Below, piece after piece: positions 1 to 7,957 of a DNA stretch of 64,000 nucleotides. A program made the translations under genes and the position numbers. The notes beneath the pieces are model-generated. The model did not search any database. It saw only the letters and a list, made by a program, of their open reading frames with translations, and was not told where the DNA came from. Position 1 is the stretch's first letter. Each line of letters begins with the position of its first letter. Source of the stretch: an uncultured Desulfobulbaceae bacterium (GTDB taxonomy: Bacteria; Desulfobacterota; Desulfobulbia; Desulfobulbales; BM004); NCBI GenBank assembly GCA_947259115.1, contig CAMYKS010000005.1, positions 410 through 64,409 on the forward strand, given 5' to 3'.

Positions 1-1
1 T

Positions 2-829
2 ACCATTACCGTTACTGTCGGTGACGGGACCACAACCACGGCAATAACCTTTGATGTTACCGTTAATGAAAAACAGATAAACCCCAACGAAATTATCGAT
101 GATACACCGGAACCCACTCTTGACAGCGAAACTGATAATCCAAGCGTCGATGATGATTCGGACAATACTCCGGCTGAAGATACAACTGAGCCGGAAGGTG
201 AAGAAGTAGAGCAAATTGCTGAGGAAACTTTTGATTCCAGGGATGAGGGTGATTCCAACGAAGTTGCCGCAGACCAGGAACAAACCGTTACGACCAGCCC
301 GTTGAAGTTGGGGCTGGCCACTTCTTCCATTACCTTCAGTCCCCTTGAAATAGCCAGTCTGAGCCCGGATTTTTTCAATGAAAGAAATGAAGCCCATCGT
401 ACTTTGGTGACTGAAAGGCTTCGCAGTTCTTCCACGGCCCAAAAAATTGCTTCCCAAAATGAAATTAACTGGGGTGTGGACTACAAAATGACCTCAATCC
501 TGCTGCAAACTACGTTTGATGCCATGGAACAGGAGACTGCCAGGGAAATCAAGCTTGAAAAAACTATTATCGGCTCCGCAATTGCCACAACCACGACTCT
601 TTCAGTCGGTTATGTCGTCTGGCTGGTCAGGAGCGGCATGCTCCTCAGCTCCCTGCTTTCTTCCCTGCCGGCCTGGCAGATAGCAGACCCCTTGCCGATC
701 CTTGCGAAGTTGAAGGACGACGAGGATAAGGATGACGAGTCCCTTGAAGAAATTGTCGGCGATGGTGATACAGAACAAGAGGAAGAAAGCATTAATGACA
801 CAAAAAAGGACACGCCGAACCTGTCATGA
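2..829 (+). CDS. C-terminal end of a large surface/adhesin-like protein (5' partial, runs off window start)
   Basis: Frame 2 is open from base 2 and continuous with listed ORF 302..829; the codon at 302 is an internal TTG. Translation begins TITVTVGDGTTTTAITFDVTVNE (end of a beta-rich Ig/cadherin-like repeat). A ~90-aa D/E/T/P-rich linker follows, then a hydrophobic segment IIGSAIATTTTLSVGYVVWLVRSGMLLSSLLSSL and an acidic tail. No family name recognised. Confidence 0.6.
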   Translation, partial: TITVTVGDGTTTTAITFDVTVNEKQINPNEIIDDTPEPTLDSETDNPSVDDDSDNTPAEDTTEPEGEEVEQIAEETFDSRDEGDSNEVAADQEQTVTTSPLKLGLATSSITFSPLEIASLSPDFFNERNEAHRTLVTERLRSSSTAQKIASQNEINWGVDYKMTSILLQTTFDAMEQETAREIKLEKTIIGSAIATTTTLSVGYVVWLVRSGMLLSSLLSSLPAWQIADPLPILAKLKDDEDKDDESLEEIVGDGDTEQEEESINDTKKDTPNLS

Positions 830-902
830 CACTTTGCACCAGCCTTCGGCAAAACAATAATACCTCAATATCCGGTGTCTCCGGACAAGGGCCCTCAAAC
901 GC

Positions 903-3767
903 ATGAGAATATTAAGCACGAAATTTCGCATCGTCATCGGACAGGTTGGATTGGTAACAAGCCTCGTGATGCTGGCGTTCTTTTTCAATATAGTACCCGA
1001 TGAGGCCAGTGCAATTCGCAAAGGTCGGGCGGCTCTGGCCGAGTCCATAGCCATATACAGCACCGAGATGGTGGTAATTGCCGACATTGAACGCATGGAG
1101 GGCGACTTTAATTTACTGGTTGAAAGGAACCCTGACCTGCTTTCACTTGCATTGCGCCGTGCAGATGAATTCTTTCTGGTAAAGACTGAGGGCCATGCTG
1201 ACAACTGGAAACCCATGTCTGGTGAATATTCAATGGCATCCCAGGTAAGGGTGCCCATATGGTCCGGTAACAGCAAGTGGGGCCAGCTGGAACTCCGCTA
1301 CGAACCCATCGTGAAAAAGGGGATCATGGGATATCTGCATTCACCTATGGTACAGTTAGTTGCCTTTTTAGGACTGGGATGTTTTGTGTTTTTTTATTTT
1401 TATCTAGGCAAAATGCTGCGTCACCTTGACCCTTCAAGCGCTATACCTGCCAGGGTAAGGTCGGCACTGGACACCATGGCCGAGGGTCTGCTTATCCTCG
1501 ACCGGAGTGAACAGATTGTGCTCGCCAACACCGCCTTTTCCACCATGCTCGACAAATCACCCGAAGAACTGCTCGGTCACCGCGCAAGCGCCCTGGAATG
1601 GTGTGACCCGGATGGAAGCATACTGGACAAAACCCAGCGCCCATGGATCAAAGCACTGCGGGAGGGATTGACGCAAAAAGACACAATTCTCAAATTGAAA
1701 TTTCCCAATAACTTCTGGAGGACATTCAAGACCAACTGCTCGCCGGTTCTCGGCTCGGCAGGCAAGTATGCGGGGGTCCTGGTCAGTTTTAACGATATCA
1801 CGCAGCTGCAGGAAAAGGAGGTTGAACTTCGCAAGTCGAAAGAGGTTGCAGAACATGCCAACAAGGCAAAAAGCACCTTCCTGGCAAATATGAGCCATGA
1901 CATCAGGACGCCGATGAACGCCATTCTCGGCTTTACCGAACTCCTCATGCGTGGGTATGTGAGAAACGAAAAAGACAGCATGAAGTATCTCGGCACCATC
2001 CACACCAGCGGTAAAAACCTCCTGGATTTGATCAATGACATCCTTGATCTTTCAAAAATCGAATCAGGCCGTCTTGAAGTTGAAAAGACCTGGATAGAGC
2101 CCTACAGCATTATCCAGGAGGTCATCCAGATGCTGTCCGTAAATGCCAGGGAGAAGGGCCTTGCTCTCAACTTTTCAGCAGCAGGTCCGGTGCCGCAGAA
2201 AATTGAAACTGACCCGGGCCGTTTGCGGCAGATTATTTTCAACCTGCTGGGCAATGCCATTAAATTTACCCAACAAGGCTCCATTACCATGATATGCAGT
2301 TACAGGAAAAGCCCTGAATCACTGCTGCAAATTGATATTATAGACACCGGGGTTGGCATTCCACACCACAGGCAGGAAAGCATCTTCAGCCCCTTTGAGC
2401 AGGCGGATTCATCCGTGACCCGCAAGTTCGGTGGAACCGGACTGGGACTTTCGATCAGCCGTGATTTTAGCAAGGCTCTTGGCGGCGACATTACACTGAC
2501 AAGCGTGGCCGGCAAGGGAAGCACCTTCAGCGTGACCCTGGCAACGGGCGACTTGCAGGAAGTGGTGTTCCTGGCACCGGAAGAAGTCTCCCTGCAGGAG
2601 AATATTTTAAGTGATTCTGCAGCAACCCGTTGGAAATTCCCGGAATCCCGTGTCCTTGTCGTGGATGATGGGGCGGAGAACCGTGAACTTGTCAGGCTTC
2701 TCCTTGCGGATGCCGGAGTGCAGGTGGTTGAGGCGGTTAACGGCCTTGAGGGTGTTGAAAAAGCCACTGCTGAACAGTTTGATATCATCCTGATGGACAT
2801 ACAGATGCCGGTGATGGACGGATTTACAGCTACAGCAGAACTGCGGGCTAAAGGGTTCACCCCTCCCATAATTGCATTGACCGCAAATGCCATGAAAGGG
2901 TTTGAAGAGGAATGCCTGGAAGCGGGATTTTCTGGCCTTTTCACCAAGCCCATCGTCATAGACCAGTTTATGGATGGCATGGTGAAACTTCTGGGAGGGG
3001 AGAGGCTGCAGGTTGAGACGACTCAATCCTCCCAGCCGGCCGGCCGGGAAGCTGCCGCCCCGGAAATGGCCGGTGGAGAAACTGCTCCAATAGTGTCAAC
3101 TCTGCCGGCTGATAGCGAGCAATTTCAAAGGATTATTGTTACCTTTTCCAACCGACTTAAAACACAGTTGGATGCCTTTGAACAGGCTGCTGCTGAGAAA
3201 AACTTTGCAGAGGTTGCCGCCCTGGCTCATTGGCTCAAAGGAACCGGGGGCACAATGGGTTTTGATGTTTTCAACGGACCTGCAGCCAGCCTGGAAAAAT
3301 ATGCCAATGAGCAGCGGGCATCCGAGGTGAACCAGGGCATAAAGGAACTGCGGGCTCTGGCCAAGCGCTTGTATATTCCTTCTGCCGGTGCTCCGGAACC
3401 GCCTGCGGCAGGACTCCAGGGCGAGCCCATGGCAGCGCCCGAGAAACCTCCGGCAGAGCAGGAACCTGTTATTTCAAGTCTGGCCTCCAATGATAAATTC
3501 AAACATATCGTACAGAAATTCGTCGACAAGCTCAAAGAGCAGGAGCATAAAATGGACAGGGCGCTGGAAAAAGACGACCTGGAAGAGTTTGCCGGTCTGG
3601 CCTTATGGCTCAAGGGTGAAGCAGGAACGGTCGGTTATGCCGATTTTACCGAGCCTGCTGAAGAGCTTTTTAACGCTGCAAAATCGGGGGTGACTGAACA
3701 GGCCAGGCAGAAGTACAGCCATATAAAAAGAATGATACAGGCTGTTGTACCACCGCCGTCCGGCTAA
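903..3767 (+). CDS. Hybrid sensor histidine kinase (membrane sensor region-PAS-HisKA-HATPase-REC-Hpt-Hpt-like)
   Basis: H-box FLANMSHDIRTPMNAILGF. N/G boxes LLGNAIKFT and DTGVGI...FGGTGLGLSI. Receiver RVLVVDDGAENREL...ILMDIQMPVMDG...ALTANAM. Two C-terminal Hpt-like repeats, LAHWLKGTGGTMGF and LALWLKGEAGTVGY. N-terminal hydrophobic segments are present. Confidence 0.9.
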   Translation: MRILSTKFRIVIGQVGLVTSLVMLAFFFNIVPDEASAIRKGRAALAESIAIYSTEMVVIADIERMEGDFNLLVERNPDLLSLALRRADEFFLVKTEGHADNWKPMSGEYSMASQVRVPIWSGNSKWGQLELRYEPIVKKGIMGYLHSPMVQLVAFLGLGCFVFFYFYLGKMLRHLDPSSAIPARVRSALDTMAEGLLILDRSEQIVLANTAFSTMLDKSPEELLGHRASALEWCDPDGSILDKTQRPWIKALREGLTQKDTILKLKFPNNFWRTFKTNCSPVLGSAGKYAGVLVSFNDITQLQEKEVELRKSKEVAEHANKAKSTFLANMSHDIRTPMNAILGFTELLMRGYVRNEKDSMKYLGTIHTSGKNLLDLINDILDLSKIESGRLEVEKTWIEPYSIIQEVIQMLSVNAREKGLALNFSAAGPVPQKIETDPGRLRQIIFNLLGNAIKFTQQGSITMICSYRKSPESLLQIDIIDTGVGIPHHRQESIFSPFEQADSSVTRKFGGTGLGLSISRDFSKALGGDITLTSVAGKGSTFSVTLATGDLQEVVFLAPEEVSLQENILSDSAATRWKFPESRVLVVDDGAENRELVRLLLADAGVQVVEAVNGLEGVEKATAEQFDIILMDIQMPVMDGFTATAELRAKGFTPPIIALTANAMKGFEEECLEAGFSGLFTKPIVIDQFMDGMVKLLGGERLQVETTQSSQPAGREAAAPEMAGGETAPIVSTLPADSEQFQRIIVTFSNRLKTQLDAFEQAAAEKNFAEVAALAHWLKGTGGTMGFDVFNGPAASLEKYANEQRASEVNQGIKELRALAKRLYIPSAGAPEPPAAGLQGEPMAAPEKPPAEQEPVISSLASNDKFKHIVQKFVDKLKEQEHKMDRALEKDDLEEFAGLALWLKGEAGTVGYADFTEPAEELFNAAKSGVTEQARQKYSHIKRMIQAVVPPPSG

Positions 3768-3997
3768 CACTCCAGAAATACTCAAGTTATTATTTAGCGT
3801 TTATTTCTTTTCATTAAGATGATAAATACCTAGCCAGGATTAAGGCTCAACGGCCAAGCACAAGAATGTGCATTTCACAACAGCAGGAAAAACATATAGT
3901 TTCATACGGCATACTGCTCTTCAGAAAAACCGTTGAAATCTCCTGTGAACAGAATTTTTCCATGGAAACAATATACCCTTTAGGAAACTAAATACAT

Positions 3998-5767
3998 ATG
4001 CAAGAAACAACTCAAGACAAATCCCAGGCAACCCTCGGCAACGTACGTGACCTGCAATATGCAAAAATCATGATAATTGACGATGAGCCCATCACCCTGG
4101 ATATGGTCCAGATTTATCTCGAGGAGGCAGGTTACAGCAATTTCGTCCTGGTCGAAAAATCCACTGAGGCAATGCAGCAGATCGAAGAGAACGGGCCGGA
4201 CATCCTGCTGCTCGACCTTATGATGCCCGAGGTATCCGGGTATGATATTCTGGCGCAAGTGCGCGAGCATCCTAAGCTGCGATACCTGCCTGTCATCGTC
4301 CTTACAGCGGCAACCGATACTGAGAGCAAACTGCGCGCCCTGGATCTCGGCGCCACGGACTTTCTGGCCAAACCTGTGGACCCCAGTGAATTGAGCCTGC
4401 GTGTGCGCAACACCATAGCGGCCAAGGCATATCTTGACCAGCTCGCCTATTACGATTCCGTCACCAGCCTGCCCAACAGAAAAATGTTTATTGAGCTTTT
4501 TGACAATGCCCTGAAAAAGGCCAAACGATTTACTGAAAAACTGGCCCTGCTGAATATCGAGTTGGATCATTTTGACCGTATTAACGACACCATGGGGATC
4601 AGTGCCGGGGATGAAGTGCTGCGCCAGATCACACACCGCATAGAAAATGCAGTCCGGGATGTTGACCTGCTGGGACCCTCCATTATCAAAGATGACACGC
4701 TTATCGACCTGTTCAGGATTGAAGGTCCCGTTTTTTCGCTGCTCCTGTACAGGATAAGTGAGGCGGGCAACGGCGCCAGTGTTTCGAACCGCTTACTGGA
4801 AGATATCCGCAAGCCTGTATCCGTTGCCGGCAACGATGTGTACGTTACGGCAAGCATCGGCATTACAACATATCCTGACGAGGGTAAAAGCACTGAAGAG
4901 CTGCTGCGCCTGGCTTCAAGTGCCAAGGATTTTGCAAAAAACAAGGGCGGCGACACATTCCAGTTTTCCTCCGCTGAAATCAACGCAACCTATGAAAAGC
5001 GGCACAGTATGGAATCCAGGCTCAGAAAGGCTTTAGCCCGGGAGGAACTCGTGCTGTTCTATCAACCGAAGGTGAATGTTGCCCATAACACCATTGATGG
5101 GGTTGAAGCGCTGGTCCGCTGGGACAGCAGCCAGGGACTTGTTTCGCCCTTGGATTTTATACCAATTGCCGAGGAAACCGGGCTCATTATTCCATTCGGT
5201 GAGTGGATTTTAACCGAAGCCTGCAGCCAGTTAAAAAAATGGCACCAGGAAGGTAAAAGCGGCATCACCATGGCCGTTAACTTATCAGCTAAACAGTTTG
5301 CAGACCCGGATTTTTTTACTACGGTGCAACGGATTGTATCCCAAAGCGGCATTGAGCCCCGGTTTTTGAAACTGGAACTGACCGAAAGCCTGTTGCTGGG
5401 CGACATCGAAAGCAAGATCATTATCCTGCAGGACCTGAAGGACATGGGCCTCAAGATTTCCGTTGATGATTTCGGCACCGGTTACTCTTCACTCAGTTAT
5501 CTCAGCAAGCTTCCGGTGGATGAGTTGAAGATCGATAAATCCTTTATCGATAATGTGTCTGATCAAGCGGACAGCCGTGCCATAGTATCCACCATAATAT
5601 ACCTGGCCCGCAACCTGGGGTTGCAGACCGTTGCCGAAGGCATAGAAACTACGGACCAGCTCAATTACCTGAAACAGGAGGGATGTGACCAGTACCAGGG
5701 ATACCTGTTCAGCAAGCCCGTTTCTAGCTCAGATTTCTCTGAACTTTTCGCTTCATTACAAAAATAA
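3998..5767 (+). CDS. Response regulator, REC - degenerate GGDEF - EAL (likely c-di-GMP phosphodiesterase)
   Basis: REC: IMIIDDEP...LLLDLMMPEVSG...VLTA...DFLAKP. GGDEF position reads FRIEGPVFSLLL (EGPVF instead of GGDEF). EAL signature residues are intact: EALVRW, NLSAKQ, ELTES, DDFGTGYSSL, KIDKSF, EGIET, QGYLFSKP. Confidence 0.9.
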   Translation: MQETTQDKSQATLGNVRDLQYAKIMIIDDEPITLDMVQIYLEEAGYSNFVLVEKSTEAMQQIEENGPDILLLDLMMPEVSGYDILAQVREHPKLRYLPVIVLTAATDTESKLRALDLGATDFLAKPVDPSELSLRVRNTIAAKAYLDQLAYYDSVTSLPNRKMFIELFDNALKKAKRFTEKLALLNIELDHFDRINDTMGISAGDEVLRQITHRIENAVRDVDLLGPSIIKDDTLIDLFRIEGPVFSLLLYRISEAGNGASVSNRLLEDIRKPVSVAGNDVYVTASIGITTYPDEGKSTEELLRLASSAKDFAKNKGGDTFQFSSAEINATYEKRHSMESRLRKALAREELVLFYQPKVNVAHNTIDGVEALVRWDSSQGLVSPLDFIPIAEETGLIIPFGEWILTEACSQLKKWHQEGKSGITMAVNLSAKQFADPDFFTTVQRIVSQSGIEPRFLKLELTESLLLGDIESKIIILQDLKDMGLKISVDDFGTGYSSLSYLSKLPVDELKIDKSFIDNVSDQADSRAIVSTIIYLARNLGLQTVAEGIETTDQLNYLKQEGCDQYQGYLFSKPVSSSDFSELFASLQK

Positions 5768-5785
5768 ACGCAGGAGAGAACAGAT

Positions 5786-7531
5786 TTGCAAAACATATCA
5801 GCAGGAAACAAAAACGGTCATGCTGTCTTGGCCCCTGTTATCATGTTGGTCGATGATGAAATCACAACCCTGGAGATGATAGAAGCCTATCTTGAGAATG
5901 CAGGCTACAGCGAATTGGTTCTGGTGAGTGATCCCACAGAGGCTATAGACGTCCTTGAAGAAAGAGACCCGGATATTCTCCTGCTCGACCTTATCATGCC
6001 CAGGGTATCAGGTCTTGATATTTTGGCTGCATTAAGAAAAAAACCGAAATTCAAGCATCTGCCCATCATTATTTTAACTGCTTCCTCAGACCCACAGGAT
6101 AAAATCAAGGCCCTGGACCTGGGCGCTACAGATTTTCTGGCCAAGCCGGTGGACCCGACAGAACTGGCATTGCGCATTCGTAATACTGCAGCTGCCAAGT
6201 CTTACCTGGATTACCTCGCATTTTATGACAGCCTCACCGACCTGCCAAACAAGTCCTTGTTCCTTGACAGTTTTGACTGGGCCCTCAGGAAAGCGAAACG
6301 CTACAATGAGAAATTGGCCGTTTTGAATATCTCTTTGGATGATTTTGATAAAATCAATGCAACGGCTGGAAACGCAGCAGCTGACCAAATCCTGCAGCAG
6401 GTTTCCCTCCGAATTAAACAGGCGGTCAGGGATACAGATGTGCTTGGACCATCCATTAAGGTTAAAGCTTTTAAGCAGATGAATCTTTTCCGCGTGGAGG
6501 GCAGCTCTTTTTCCCTGCTTCTGGATCGTATCCACGGTGCTGAAAATGCAGCAATTGTGGCCAACCGTATCATTATGGCAATAAGAGAGCCTTTCAGTGT
6601 TGATGACAAAAATATTCACGTCAGGGCAAGTATCGGCATTGCAAACTATCCGGAAGACAGTGAAGAGCGGGACACATTGATTCATCTTGTCTGGGGTGCC
6701 AGGGATTATATCAGGAAAAAAGGCGGTGACTGTTTCCAGTTTTCAAATAGGTCCATCAACGACACATATGACAAAGAGCGTAATATTGAAAACATGCTGA
6801 GTGACGCCCTTGAAAGAGATGAGTTTGCGCTCAACTATCAGCCAAAGGTTGATATTGACTCCGGCATAATTACAGGAGTTGAAGCCTTGTTGCGCTGGGA
6901 AAGGGATGGGCGTTTCGTGCCGCCCGAAGACTTTGTTTCGGTTGCGGAACGAACGGGATTGATCATTCCCATCGGGGAGTGGATACTGAAGAAGGCGTTC
7001 CGTCAGCTGGCAGATTGGCACAAAGAGGGCATCATGATAGGTATGAGTGTCAATTTATCTGCCAAGCAACTGCAAAGCAGTGAATTCCATGATATTGTTG
7101 AAGATATAGTAAAGCACAGCAGAGTTGATCCTTTATATTTGACACTGGAAATCACCGAATCTCTCTTAATGGAGGACATTGAGCAGACAACAACGCTTCT
7201 GGAACGTTTCAAGGTCATGGGCCTTAAAGTATCCATCGATGATTTCGGCACCGGCTATTCATCATTGAACTATCTCAATCTTCTCCCTGTTGACGAGCTG
7301 AAGATCGATAGGTCCTTTATTAGCGAAATACCAGATAATGCAAAAAGAAATGCCATCGTCTCCACCATAATTTTTCTTTCAGAAAGTCTGGGTATACAGA
7401 CGGTTGCCGAAGGGGTTGAAAATGACAAGCAACTTCAGTTTCTCAAAAAAAATCGCTGTCATCAATACCAGGGGTATCTTTTCAGCCAACCTCTGACAAA
7501 CACTGAACTGTTAAATCTGATGAATAAATAA
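5786..7531 (+). CDS. Response regulator, REC - degenerate GGDEF - EAL (tandem paralog of 3998..5767)
   Basis: Same architecture as the upstream gene. GGDEF position reads FRVEGSSFSLLL. EAL motifs: EALLRW, NLSAKQ, EITES, DDFGTGYSSL, KIDRSF, EGVEN, QGYLFSQP. The start is a TTG preceded by AGGAGAG about 7 nt upstream, so it is less certain than the end. Confidence 0.85.
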   Translation: MQNISAGNKNGHAVLAPVIMLVDDEITTLEMIEAYLENAGYSELVLVSDPTEAIDVLEERDPDILLLDLIMPRVSGLDILAALRKKPKFKHLPIIILTASSDPQDKIKALDLGATDFLAKPVDPTELALRIRNTAAAKSYLDYLAFYDSLTDLPNKSLFLDSFDWALRKAKRYNEKLAVLNISLDDFDKINATAGNAAADQILQQVSLRIKQAVRDTDVLGPSIKVKAFKQMNLFRVEGSSFSLLLDRIHGAENAAIVANRIIMAIREPFSVDDKNIHVRASIGIANYPEDSEERDTLIHLVWGARDYIRKKGGDCFQFSNRSINDTYDKERNIENMLSDALERDEFALNYQPKVDIDSGIITGVEALLRWERDGRFVPPEDFVSVAERTGLIIPIGEWILKKAFRQLADWHKEGIMIGMSVNLSAKQLQSSEFHDIVEDIVKHSRVDPLYLTLEITESLLMEDIEQTTTLLERFKVMGLKVSIDDFGTGYSSLNYLNLLPVDELKIDRSFISEIPDNAKRNAIVSTIIFLSESLGIQTVAEGVENDKQLQFLKKNRCHQYQGYLFSQPLTNTELLNLMNK

Positions 7532-7588
7532 CCCCCTGCTTCGAAACCGGATTACCGGCTTCTCATGACTGCCGTGCGTTTGCAATAA

Positions 7589-7931
7589 ATCGTGCAAATC
7601 TCCATTGGTCTGCCCGACCTCAACAACACTGCCGAATTTCCCCTTGAACTGTTTCACGTTGATATTGGCTGCTTTGCTTTGCTGGTCGGGCCGCTGCAAA
7701 GCCCTGATAAAGCAGAAGCCCTGGCCAATCTCATTGTCGAAGGAAATAAAAAAACCGCTGCAACTTAGTACCTGGAAAATCACCTTTACGGCAAGTATAG
7801 GAATTACCGTTTACCTCTCCAGCGCTACCGATCACGTAATGTTATGGCGCCAGGCATCAGGCTCTAAGAATCATGTAAAGAAGAATAATGGCGATAATTA
7901 CATTGTATACTCCCCTGAGAGCAGCGTTTAG
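7589..7931 (+). pseudogene. Frameshifted, internally deleted remnant of a GGDEF-type domain (decayed third paralog)
   Basis: One frame gives ...GLPDLNNTAEFPLELFHVDIGCFALLVGPLQSPDKAEALANLIVEGNKKTAAT-stop. Compare LTDLPNK... and LFRVEGSSFSLLL in the neighbours. After a +1 shift near 7765 the next frame gives ITFTASIGITVY...KKNNGDNYIVYSPE-stop (compare VTASIGITTYP...AKNKGGDTFQFSS). No REC or EAL part is present. Confidence 0.5.
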
Positions 7932-7957
7932 ATAATATGGAAGCTGATGGGGATGGT

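Noticed and set aside
302-829. Listed 175-aa ORF treated as an independent gene
   Set aside because: The frame is open all the way to base 2 and the first codon is TTG with no RBS. It is better explained as the end of a much larger gene that starts upstream of the window.
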